From an uncultured Acidobacteriaceae bacterium (lineage in GTDB: Bacteria > Acidobacteriota > Terriglobia > Terriglobales > Acidobacteriaceae): a stretch of DNA of 64,000 nt. Below the pieces are notes generated by a model. The model saw nothing but the letters and a program-made list of their open reading frames with translations. It made no database searches and was not told where the DNA came from. A program made the position numbers and the translations under genes. Shown piece after piece: positions 20,275 to 28,861 of the stretch; position 1 is the first letter of the stretch, and each line of letters opens with the position of its first letter. The stretch covers positions 66,559 to 130,558 of the forward strand of contig CAWACF010000017.1 in assembly GCA_963780495.1 (NCBI GenBank), read 5' to 3'.

Positions 20275-20384
20275 CCTTCTGCTATCGTGGAGGTTGAAAG
20301 GCTCGTTGGTCAAATCGCGCAGGGCCTTGCCCGGGAGCGAAGAAAGGGAAGCCGCTTCCCTGCTGCACCAGCCGTAGCGCCGAT

Positions 20385-21134
20385 ATGATTCCACTGAAAG
20401 ACGACGCACCTCGGATCAGCACGCCGTTCGTCAACTATGCGCTGATCGCGATGAATACGATCGCGTTTCTGATGTCGCTCGACTGGCGAATGAAGTTACC
20501 CGAACCGCGCCCGGAAATTTTGTTTTATTTTGGAGTCATCCCGGCACGTTTGTCGGTCCTGCTGTTGAATCACGGATACGTGCCGTGGGACCTGATTTCA
20601 GGTCTGGGCACACGATACGTTACGGCTGCGGCGGCCATCGTTCCGATCTTCACCTCCATGTTCCTGCATGGCGGCTGGCTGCACCTGATCTTCAACATGT
20701 GGGCGCTGTGGATCTTCGGCGACAACGTCGAGGACTATCTCGGACATTGGCTCTACCTGGTGCTGTACCTGGTGTGCGGCGTGGCTGCGGCGCTGCTGCA
20801 TATGGTATTCAACATCGGGTCGACCATTCCGAGCGTGGGGGCCAGCGGAGCGATCGCGGGCGTGATGGGCGCGTTTTTCGTGCTGTATCCGCGTGCGCGC
20901 GTTCTGACCCTGGTGCCGTTCTTCTTCGTCTTCTTCATGTGGCTGCCGGCATGGATCGTACTAGGCTATTGGTTTGTAGCTCAATTCCTCAGCGGTGCGG
21001 CGACGTCGATCGCAGCCAACAGTGGCAATAGCAGCGGGATCGCGTTCTGGGCGCACGTCGGAGGGTTTATCGCAGGCGTCCTGCTGATCAAGCTCTTCCC
21101 TACCCGGACACGGCGGTATCACTACGGGTTGTAA
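20385..21134 (+). CDS. rhomboid-family intramembrane serine protease
   Basis: HGGWLHLIFNMW and GASGAIAGVMGA motifs. Six to seven TM helices. Confidence 0.88.
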   Translation: MIPLKDDAPRISTPFVNYALIAMNTIAFLMSLDWRMKLPEPRPEILFYFGVIPARLSVLLLNHGYVPWDLISGLGTRYVTAAAAIVPIFTSMFLHGGWLHLIFNMWALWIFGDNVEDYLGHWLYLVLYLVCGVAAALLHMVFNIGSTIPSVGASGAIAGVMGAFFVLYPRARVLTLVPFFFVFFMWLPAWIVLGYWFVAQFLSGAATSIAANSGNSSGIAFWAHVGGFIAGVLLIKLFPTRTRRYHYGL

Positions 21135-21176
21135 GAGCTCGGCGGTTCGATTCTCCCCAGCGGCCTCTCACACGAG

Positions 21177-21443
21177 GTGTTCAGCATGCTAAAGCGTGGA
21201 ATTGAAGTCACATGGGATGTGATTTCGCGGCTGCTGACGTCTGCGGTTATTGGCTGTGGTATTGGCTTCGTCGAGGGAGAGATTCTGGCGAGAAGTTGGG
21301 AGCGTTCCGCGCAAATTGCTTTTGCCGAAGGCGCCGCCGACCTTGGAATATTGGCGGGTCTTGTCTTAGGCCCGGTGTTTTACCTTCTTCTCAGTAGGAC
21401 AATTTCGTTTCATGAGTCTCAGCGATCATTGCTGCGTCTGTGA
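21177..21443 (+). CDS. hypothetical membrane protein, possibly frameshifted
   Basis: ORF track. A further TM-like reading frame (VSAIIAASVTAGGAAALIGWQIVAPIITAMVATAAAV...) continues from 21416 to the TAA at 21581-21583 in another frame. Confidence 0.35.
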   Translation: MFSMLKRGIEVTWDVISRLLTSAVIGCGIGFVEGEILARSWERSAQIAFAEGAADLGILAGLVLGPVFYLLLSRTISFHESQRSLLRL

Positions 21444-21641
21444 CCGCCGGCGGGGCGGCAGCTCTAATTGGCTGGCAAATTGTGGCACCAATCATCACCG
21501 CGATGGTGGCCACAGCGGCAGCGGTGACGATAAAGATATTGCGGACCGGAGACCTTTTAGCCGTGCATCCTCGCAAAACATAAAATTCGGTTTGAGAAAA
21601 TCTTGTCGCCGCTACGCGGCTCAACCCATCTCGCGCGCTTA

Positions 21642-21661
21642 CCCGGGGCTTTCGCCCCGGG
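21642..21661. repeat. REP-like hairpin CCCGGGGC tttc GCCCCGGG within a TTACCC[stem]GGGCTAA frame
   Basis: 8-bp perfect stem. Its flanks match those of the hairpin at 62768-62786. Confidence 0.6.
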
Positions 21662-21838
21662 CTAACTTCATAGCCGCCGCTGCGCGGCTGGGTGGGACGC
21701 CGGCTCAGGTCCTGTCCAAACGGAACCTAGTCATCCTGTGAGGCTAGGACCGATCTATGAGCCGGCGCTCGGGTGCGTGGGAGGTGCCACGCACTGCGCT
21801 CGAGTTTCTTAGAAGGGTGGTTTGCGAACTCCTCACCA

Positions 21839-22609
21839 CTACTCGCCCGCATCCTTGGCACCCACCGCTCCTGCTGTCGGCGTGATCAGCAACTCCGAGA
21901 GATTTGCTTCGGGTGGCAGTTGTACGGCGTAGAGTACTGCCTGCGCGATACTCTCGACGTCCATCATGCCTTCGCGCGATGCGTCCGGCATGATCTGCTG
22001 CCACATGTCGGTCCATGTCGCCCCGGTCATCAGAGCAGTCACGCGAATACCGCGCGGCATCAGTTCGTCGCGAAGAGTACAGGTGAAGCCGTAGGCCCCA
22101 GTCTTGGCTGCGGTGTAAGCGGAGAAATTTGGGAAGACCTGCTTCGCGGCAGCGGACAGGTTATTGATAATGGTGCCGCCGCGCTTCATCAGCGGCAATG
22201 CAGACCGGGTGCAGAGGAACACTCCGTTGAGATTGATGTCGATCATCTCGCGCCACATCTCAACCGAAGTAAGTTCGACGGGCGTCGGCGCCTGGCTGAT
22301 ACCGGCATTGTTGACCAGAATATCGACTTGGCCGAAGCGGGTCTGCACCATATCGAAGAGCGACTCAACCGAGTACTGCTCGCGCACGTCGCAGAGATGC
22401 GAAACGACCTGCCCTGAATTGTCCGAGCTAAGCTTGGCGGCCGCCGTGTTCAGCTTCTCTTCACTCCTGCCGGTGATGACGACGCTGCAACCTTCAGCCA
22501 CAAACGCCCGAGCGATGGCGTAACCGATGCCGCTGCTGCCGCCGGTGATTACGGCGACCTTACCCGACAAACGCTGGGTTGGATTGGACTGCGGACCTTT
22601 CGCAGCCAT
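21839..22609 (-). CDS. short-chain dehydrogenase/reductase (classical SDR), candidate sepiapterin/pteridine reductase
   Basis: TGGSSGIGYAIA, NNAGI and YTAAK catalytic motifs. The ATG lies 2 nt after the folE stop. Confidence 0.88.
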   Translation of the reverse strand: MAAKGPQSNPTQRLSGKVAVITGGSSGIGYAIARAFVAEGCSVVITGRSEEKLNTAAAKLSSDNSGQVVSHLCDVREQYSVESLFDMVQTRFGQVDILVNNAGISQAPTPVELTSVEMWREMIDINLNGVFLCTRSALPLMKRGGTIINNLSAAAKQVFPNFSAYTAAKTGAYGFTCTLRDELMPRGIRVTALMTGATWTDMWQQIMPDASREGMMDVESIAQAVLYAVQLPPEANLSELLITPTAGAVGAKDAGE

Positions 22610-22611
22610 CG

Positions 22612-23211
22612 CTAAATTCCGTTGGTGTTCTTGGCGTGAATGAGCGAGAGGAATTCCTGCCGCGTCTGCTGCGCGCGGAACGCGCCTAGCATCGAAGATG
22701 TGACGGTGGCGGAGTGCTGTTTCTCGACGCCGCGCATCATCATGCAGAGGTGCCGCGCCTCAACCACAACACCTACGCCCAGCGGTTGGATGACCTTCTG
22801 GATGGTCTCGGCGATCTGGACTGTCAGCCGCTCCTGCACCTGCAGCCGGCGGGCGAACACTTCAACCAGCCGAGCCGTCTTACTGAGCCCGATAACTTTC
22901 CCTTTCGGGATGTAGGCGATGTGCACCTTGCCGAAGAACGGGAGCACATGATGTTCGCAGAGGCTAAACATCTCGATGTCTTTCACGATCACCATCTCGT
23001 CGTAGTCGACGGTGAACAGCGCGTCGTTCAGGATCTTCTCCGGGTCTTCGCGATAACCCTTGGTCAGGTCGTGGAGTGCCTTGGCGTAACGCTCGGGCGT
23101 GCGAAGCAGACCTTCGCGGTCGGGGTCTTCGCCCAGGCGAACCAGCATCTCGCGGGCAAGCTCTTCGAAGCTGGCGCTAGTCAGAGTCGGAGTGTCGATA
23201 GTCTCTTTCAT
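22612..23211 (-). CDS. folE: GTP cyclohydrolase I (FolE type I)
   Basis: [44 protein letters not shown] at 23211. Confidence 0.92.
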   Translation of the reverse strand: MKETIDTPTLTSASFEELAREMLVRLGEDPDREGLLRTPERYAKALHDLTKGYREDPEKILNDALFTVDYDEMVIVKDIEMFSLCEHHVLPFFGKVHIAYIPKGKVIGLSKTARLVEVFARRLQVQERLTVQIAETIQKVIQPLGVGVVVEARHLCMMMRGVEKQHSATVTSSMLGAFRAQQTRQEFLSLIHAKNTNGI

Positions 23212-23342
23212 AAAGGACGTACGTAGCGGCAGGCGCTTAACAACTGGCAATGGTCAAAACCGCAGGTCTCGAAAACCGCGAGACCTGGGGCACCCCGAAG
23301 TTCTTCGATCCTGCGCTTCAGCCAAATGGCAGTTCCTGAGTG

Positions 23343-23750
23343 CTATCTTCCGTCGTACTCGAAGCTGTTCATCGCTGTTTCTTCTAACCTTATCTTTTCC
23401 AGATGAGCAGCCCTAAAGTTTTGCTTCAAAAGATCATAGATAACTTCGCTTAAATTCTCTGTTGTAGGAACCTCTGCTGCGAACTGCGGACTCAAGTTGA
23501 GGTTCACGTGATCGAAGCGATCGAGCACCTCGCGCCGCACCGCTTCATCCAAGTCAACCAGGTTGCAGACCATGCCTGTTGCGGCATCTACCTGTCCGCT
23601 CACCGTCACCTCAAGCGCGTAGTTATGCCCATGCCCATAGGGGTTGTTGCATTTGCCATAGACCGCGCGATTCTGCTCATCGCTCAGACCGTCAGCGTGA
23701 AGCCTATGCGAGGCGGAGAAAATGTAGCGGCGAGTCAGGTGGGCCTTCAT
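23343..23750 (-). CDS. 6-pyruvoyl-tetrahydropterin synthase family protein (PTPS/QueD), paralog 1
   Basis: FSASHRLH...YGKCNNPYGHGHNY..PTTENL. ATG at 23750 overlaps the upstream stop (ATGA). Confidence 0.88.
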   Translation of the reverse strand: MKAHLTRRYIFSASHRLHADGLSDEQNRAVYGKCNNPYGHGHNYALEVTVSGQVDAATGMVCNLVDLDEAVRREVLDRFDHVNLNLSPQFAAEVPTTENLSEVIYDLLKQNFRAAHLEKIRLEETAMNSFEYDGR

Positions 23751-24157
23751 GCTTCTCCGTAGAAATCGACAAACAGATCCGGCAATTCGTACACGCGAAC
23801 GCGATGCAGCTTGGCAATGTTCAGCTTGTTCTCCAGACGCTGCCAAATAGCGATGGCGAGGTTCTCGGTCGTCGGAATCTGGGCGGCAAACTCGGGCACC
23901 TCTTTGTTCAGATGCCGGTGGTCGAGGGCGTCGATTACCTCGCGATTCAAGATTTCCTTTAAGTCTTTGAGGTCTACGACGAAGCCGGTGGTCGGGTCGA
24001 CTTCACCTTTCACCGTGACCTCCAGCGTATAGTTGTGGCCGTGCCCATTCAGGTTGGCGCACTTACCGAAGATGCGTTGGTTCTCTTCTTCGCTGAAGCT
24101 GGGATTGTGGTAGTAATGCGACGCAGAGAATTCGCACTTACGAGTTAGGTAGACCAT
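23747..24157 (-). CDS. 6-pyruvoyl-tetrahydropterin synthase family protein (PTPS/QueD), paralog 2
   Basis: FSASHYYH...FGKCANLNGHGHNY..PTTENL. 136 aa. Confidence 0.88.
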   Translation of the reverse strand: MVYLTRKCEFSASHYYHNPSFSEEENQRIFGKCANLNGHGHNYTLEVTVKGEVDPTTGFVVDLKDLKEILNREVIDALDHRHLNKEVPEFAAQIPTTENLAIAIWQRLENKLNIAKLHRVRVYELPDLFVDFYGEA

Positions 24158-24236
24158 AGTAATTGGGCCGTTACAGCTTCACCGCGCATCCTTCGAGCGA
24201 GGGCAATGTACGCTCACCTCTGCAAGGACTGCCCTA

Positions 24237-25307
24237 TCAATTGTACTTGCCGGCATGCCGCTTGTCAGAATCGTCAGAGGCGGCTGCTTTCCCGGGGCCG
24301 CTGTTCCCGCCGTATTCCCTGCCCTTCCAGTTCACCCTTCCCCGATTATGTGAGATGTCGGAGTTAAGCAAAAGTGCCGAGAAAAGCGGAAGTCCGAAAA
24401 ATGATAGAGCGTTTGACAGCCAGTCAAAATGCGCCCGGCGAATTCGACGCAGCAGAAAGCCGGTCAGGACAATCGTGATGATTGCCTCGGAGGCGGCCTC
24501 AATTCTCTCGCCATCAGCGAACTGCCAAGGCACCAGAACGACGCCGCTGAGGATTAATAGAAACTCCGCGAGACGTTCGAGAGCAAGCCGGCACGGATGG
24601 GGAAACAGCAACGCGAGGTTCTTGGTCCAGCCTTCCCACATCTGCGAAAAGCTGCGATACATGCGGGTGCTGACCACATCCGAGACACGAAAACGCAACA
24701 ACCCTCCAGCCTGTTTCACGCGTTTTGCCAGCTCAACATCCTCGAGGAGCGCGCTGGCTACAGCGGCATGGCCGCCGACAGCATCATAGACATCGCGACG
24801 GATCAGAAGGTACTGACCATTGGCGGCAGCTACCGGAGAGTTCGGATCGCATACCTCACTGGGCCGATAGGTTGCCGCCAGTTCGGCGAAGATCACTGGC
24901 ATCAGCGCGCGTTCAGCGAAGCTGTGCACCTCTTGCTTCGGTGAGTACGACAACAGGGACGCGTCGAAGCCGGCTGCTTCTGTCAAACCCGTCGAGATCG
25001 AGTGGGGGGCGTGTTTCGTGTCAGCATCAGTGAAAAGCAGCCAGTTCCCTTTCGCAGCCTTCGCGCCGGTCCAAGCCGCGTTGCATTTGCCACTCCAGCC
25101 TGGCGGCAGTGGGTCGGCGGAAATGACACGGACCGGAAAGCTCTCCGCCAAGTTTCGGGTGGCGTCGGTCGAGTGGTCATCGACGAGTATCACTTCGTAG
25201 GTCGGCCCAACCTGCCCAACCAGGCTGCGCAGGCAGTCGGCGAGGCAGTCCTCCTCGTTGCGGGCGGGAACGATGACGGAGACCTCAGGATTCGTCGGAA
25301 GGTTCAC
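24237..25307 (-). CDS. family-2 glycosyltransferase with a C-terminal membrane domain (HpnB/CrtQ-like)
   Basis: VSVIVPARNEE, ILVDDHSTD, PPGWSGKCNA, FTDADT. Three to four C-terminal TM helices. Confidence 0.8.
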   Translation of the reverse strand: MNLPTNPEVSVIVPARNEEDCLADCLRSLVGQVGPTYEVILVDDHSTDATRNLAESFPVRVISADPLPPGWSGKCNAAWTGAKAAKGNWLLFTDADTKHAPHSISTGLTEAAGFDASLLSYSPKQEVHSFAERALMPVIFAELAATYRPSEVCDPNSPVAAANGQYLLIRRDVYDAVGGHAAVASALLEDVELAKRVKQAGGLLRFRVSDVVSTRMYRSFSQMWEGWTKNLALLFPHPCRLALERLAEFLLILSGVVLVPWQFADGERIEAASEAIITIVLTGFLLRRIRRAHFDWLSNALSFFGLPLFSALLLNSDISHNRGRVNWKGREYGGNSGPGKAAASDDSDKRHAGKYN

Positions 25308-25396
25308 ACTTAGTTACCGCCGTTGTGCGGCTTTCGTGGTAGCCGACGTCCCTTGGGCGCGGCATTCTGCGGCACGGTATCCATTATTATAAGAGG

Positions 25397-25888
25397 GTGA
25401 AGCGTCTGACCTCGTTGATTGGTCTGTTTTGCGCGGTTCTGCTCGTTGCCTGCAATGGGCCGCATCCTCCGCGGATTGGAAATGCTGCTCCTAATTTCAC
25501 CATCACCGATGCGGAGCGTACAGTATCCCTCAGCCAGTTTCATGGCAAGCCGGTGGTTCTCAATTTCTGGGCGAGCTGGTGCCAGCCATGCATTGAAGAA
25601 ACGCCCTCGTTGGTCGAAATGCAGAAGCTGGTCGGCGACAAGGTAACCGTGCTGGCCGTCAGTGAGGATTCCGACGATGCCGCCTACAAGCAGTTCGTTC
25701 GGGAGCATCAGGTCGATCTACTGACCGTACGGGATGGGCAGAAGACGAATGAGCTGTATGGCACCTTTAAGTTTCCAGAGACTTTTATAATTGACGGTAA
25801 CGGCAAGATCGTACGCAAGTTTATCGGCGCCACTGACTGGACCTCGCCCGACATCGTCGAGTACCTAAAGAAGCTGGGCAACAGCTAA
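25397..25888 (+). CDS. TlpA-family thiol:disulfide oxidoreductase lipoprotein
   Basis: Lipobox LLVAC and the WASWCQPC thioredoxin motif. GTG start. Confidence 0.85.
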   Translation: MKRLTSLIGLFCAVLLVACNGPHPPRIGNAAPNFTITDAERTVSLSQFHGKPVVLNFWASWCQPCIEETPSLVEMQKLVGDKVTVLAVSEDSDDAAYKQFVREHQVDLLTVRDGQKTNELYGTFKFPETFIIDGNGKIVRKFIGATDWTSPDIVEYLKKLGNS

Positions 25889-26040
25889 GCGGACCCATTG
25901 CGGGACACACGCTTGTGGGAGTCAAAATCGGCCTTTCGGGCCAACATTGTTTCGCGTAACCTTTCAAAAAAGAACAAAAGCGAAGCTGAACCTGTAATTG
26001 CGCATCTGATGTTTAGCAGGTATAGGGAGATTTCAACAGG

Positions 26041-27120
26041 ATGTCTTTGAGCCGAAATGTCCGAGGGGCCGTCCTCGGGGCTGGGGGGGTGGTTTGTGTG
26101 ACCCTCTGTCTGATGCTGTGTGGTCTGCTGACAGTGGCTGAGTCGCAACAGCAAGCTGATTCCCAGTCGCCGCAGATAACTGGCAGGGCCGGTGTTCAGG
26201 CCAGCGTCAGTGGGACCGTGGTCGATCAGCAAGGTGCACTGGCCGTGGGTGCGCAGGTACAGTTCAAACGCCCAGGCGAGACCGAGGGGCATAAGGCCGA
26301 AACAGGGCAAAATGGGGAGTTTTCTTTTTCCAATGTTGCTCCCGGACCCTTTGAGCTAACCATCACCGCGTCGGGCTTCGAGAGCAAGACGGTAAGCGGC
26401 AGCTTAACCGTGGGTCAGGCTTACATTGTTCCCGAGATCGTTTTGAGCGTGGCAGCGACCACCACCGACGTGAAAGTGGGACTCACGGGCGACGAGGCGG
26501 CTGAGGTCCAGGTCAAGGAGCAGGAGAAGCAGCGAGTCCTCGGCTTTATTCCGAACTTTTATGCTACCTACGTTCCTGATGCCGCTCCGCTGCCCCCGAG
26601 GCTAAAGTTTCAGCTCGCCTGGAAGTCGGTGACGGATCCCATCAGCATCCTGGGCGCAGGCTTTCTTGCGGGAATCTACCAGGCTTCCGATCAACTGAAC
26701 GGTTATGGGCAGGGTGCGGCGGGCTATGGCAAGCGTTTTGGAGCGGTGTACGGAGACGTCTTCATCGGCACGTTCATCGATAGTGCGATCCTGCCGACGC
26801 TGCTGCACCAGGATCCGCGATACTTTTACCGTGGACCGAATTCCGATGGCTCGCGCTTCATGTATGCGATCGGTAACGCCGTAATCTGCAAGGGAGACAA
26901 CAAGAAGTATCAGCCAAACTACTCGGCCATTTTGGGATCATTCATCACAGGTGCCATCTCGCAAACGTACTATCCGGAGAGCGATCGTGGGACGAGCCTC
27001 TATTTTCAAACCGCGCTGATCCGCATCGCCGAAGGCAGCGTCGCCGGCATCTTCCAGGAGTATGTCGTACCCAAGCTCACACCACGCCTGAAGAAGCACC
27101 CACCTCAGCAACAGCCCTAG
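26041..27120 (+). CDS. exported protein with an N-terminal carboxypeptidase-regulatory-like (CarboxypepD_reg) domain
   Basis: VSGTVVDQQGALAVGAQVQF...TGQNGEFSFSNVAPGPFELTITASGFES. The C-terminal 200 aa are unassigned. Confidence 0.6.
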   Translation: MSLSRNVRGAVLGAGGVVCVTLCLMLCGLLTVAESQQQADSQSPQITGRAGVQASVSGTVVDQQGALAVGAQVQFKRPGETEGHKAETGQNGEFSFSNVAPGPFELTITASGFESKTVSGSLTVGQAYIVPEIVLSVAATTTDVKVGLTGDEAAEVQVKEQEKQRVLGFIPNFYATYVPDAAPLPPRLKFQLAWKSVTDPISILGAGFLAGIYQASDQLNGYGQGAAGYGKRFGAVYGDVFIGTFIDSAILPTLLHQDPRYFYRGPNSDGSRFMYAIGNAVICKGDNKKYQPNYSAILGSFITGAISQTYYPESDRGTSLYFQTALIRIAEGSVAGIFQEYVVPKLTPRLKKHPPQQQP

Positions 27121-27182
27121 GAGACGCGGATCTCCTTTCTCGGGCCTTCGGGCGGCCACGTGGGGGTGCGTACAGAAACAGC

Positions 27183-27605
27183 TCACTTGCCTGCAGCCAC
27201 CGGTTCTGCCGCTTTGGCAGGCGTTACGGGTTTCGGGTTCGACATGGCTTCATCGACGCGCCTCTTGAAGTCGCCCTGATCGTTATGCTCCCACCCGCTA
27301 TAGTTCGATACAACTTGCATCTCGCAGCCTGTTCCCTTGGGCAGCAACGTGACGTGGTTTTTGCGCTGCAGCAGCGCCCCGCTAACGTTCACGTGCGCCG
27401 AGTGCTTCACGTCATAGTCAGCGGTCATCTTCGCGTCGTCAGTCCCTGTAACGCTATAGTTGTCGGGGTCGCTGAGCACAGTTTTTACGGCAGGCCAGAT
27501 CTCGGTGCAGGCAACGGGATAAGTGTTCTTGTAGGTCTTGCCAAAGGCTGGCAGTGCGAGACAGATCGACAGCAGAGCCACACTTAGCGTTATGGTCTTC
27601 CTCAT
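27183..27605 (-). CDS. hypothetical exported protein (140 aa)
   Basis: Signal peptide MRKTITLSVALLSICLALPAFG. No family recognised. Confidence 0.5.
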   Translation of the reverse strand: MRKTITLSVALLSICLALPAFGKTYKNTYPVACTEIWPAVKTVLSDPDNYSVTGTDDAKMTADYDVKHSAHVNVSGALLQRKNHVTLLPKGTGCEMQVVSNYSGWEHNDQGDFKRRVDEAMSNPKPVTPAKAAEPVAAGK

Positions 27606-27955
27606 GGCTTGTGTCCTCGTTTTGGTTTTGCTTCTCGGAGTGTCAGAACGGAACGGGAGCGTTCCGCTAAATACGACAACTGAACGATAATCCGCCGGGG
27701 CATTTTGTCAGTGCTGCAGGTCACGCGGGGCGGTGATAAGGCCGGAAGCGAGCACGGGCTTGGACGATTGCTCTTACGGGATGCGACCTATATTGCGAAG
27801 GTGCGGTGCCGATCGATTCGCTGCAGGGGATGAGGATACATCAACGCTAGTCCGTGAGGTAGTGACAACGTCCACGTTAGAATAGCCGACGGCGGCTAGA
27901 GACGATTGTGACCCCAGGGTGGCCAACTTTCCTCCTGCAAATAGGAGCTCTCAGG

Positions 27956-28771
27956 ATGATCAAGAGTGCTATCCACCGCGTTCTGAGACGCGTTGGCTAC
28001 GACGTGCGGCGGGTCCCGAGGACTTCGCACGCTTATCCCTACGTTTCTCAGATCAGGCTTGCCGGAGTGAATTTCTCTTTTTGGGTGAAAGACGGTCAGG
28101 CGGAGCAATGGTATGGCCAGGATATGCACGCAACATTAGTCGAGAATCAACTGTTGGCTGACCTGGTCCAGTCTGGCGACCGCGTTCTTGATCTTGGCTG
28201 CCATCAGGGATTCTACGTGGCTTTTCTCGCGAAGCTGGTTGGACCGAGCGGTTTCGTTGTCGGCGTGGACATCAATCCCGAGAACGTGATGATTACCCAG
28301 GCCCAGATCTTGTTGAACGGTCTCGCCGGAAATGCAGAGGTACTCCATCGTGCGGCGGCGGCGACGTTTGAGGGAGAACTCAAGTATTCACACTTTTCGG
28401 ACAACGCCATGGTGGTTGTCTCGGAACAGGAGACGGCGCCAGCAGCTCAACGCACTTCGGTCGACCATCTGACTTCCATGTATGGAGACTTTGACGTCGT
28501 GATGATCGATGTCGAGGGGTTCGAAGAGGAGGTCCTGAAGGGTGCTAAAGGCTTACTAGACCGAAAGAAACCAAAGCTCGCCGTGGAGATTCATTCCGAT
28601 TTCCTGCCAGGCTATGGCTCGACATTAGAATCCCTGGGCGTGGCCGGCCGATTCGCCGAGTACACCGGCAAGATGGTCGTGCGCTTTATCGATCGCACGA
28701 AAAGCGTTCCATTTGAGTTGGCGACAGTCCCCAAGAAGGGGGTAGCGAACGTTTTTCTCACTCCCCTTTAG
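27956..28771 (+). CDS. FkbM-family SAM-dependent methyltransferase
   Basis: VLDLGCHQGFY (motif I) and DVVMIDVEGFEEEVLKGA (FkbM signature). ATG at 27956 follows AGGAG. Confidence 0.75.
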   Translation: MIKSAIHRVLRRVGYDVRRVPRTSHAYPYVSQIRLAGVNFSFWVKDGQAEQWYGQDMHATLVENQLLADLVQSGDRVLDLGCHQGFYVAFLAKLVGPSGFVVGVDINPENVMITQAQILLNGLAGNAEVLHRAAAATFEGELKYSHFSDNAMVVVSEQETAPAAQRTSVDHLTSMYGDFDVVMIDVEGFEEEVLKGAKGLLDRKKPKLAVEIHSDFLPGYGSTLESLGVAGRFAEYTGKMVVRFIDRTKSVPFELATVPKKGVANVFLTPL

Positions 28772-28805
28772 TCGGGTCGGCTGGCGTGGTCACGAAGTGA
28801 GGCAG

Positions 28806-28838
28806 AGCAAAACAAAAAGGAGAGGCTTTCGCCCCTCC
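28806..28838 (-). terminator. rho-independent terminator of tonB
   Basis: On the minus strand: GGAGGGGC gaaa GCCTCTCC followed by TTTTTGTTTTG, 24 nt after the stop. Confidence 0.6.
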
Positions 28839-28861
28839 CTTCATTCCGACTGCAACCGACG

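Noticed and set aside
21138-21165. GGTTCGATTCTCC, a tRNA T-arm-like string after the rhomboid gene
   Set aside because: The flanking bases do not pair into a T-stem or an acceptor stem. It is probably chance.
23263-23289. 9-bp hairpin CAGGTCTCG ... CGAGACCTG between the PTPS gene and folE
   Set aside because: It lies inside an apparent operon, and only a short interrupted T-run follows it on the transcript strand. It may be an attenuator or processing site, but I cannot support a terminator call.
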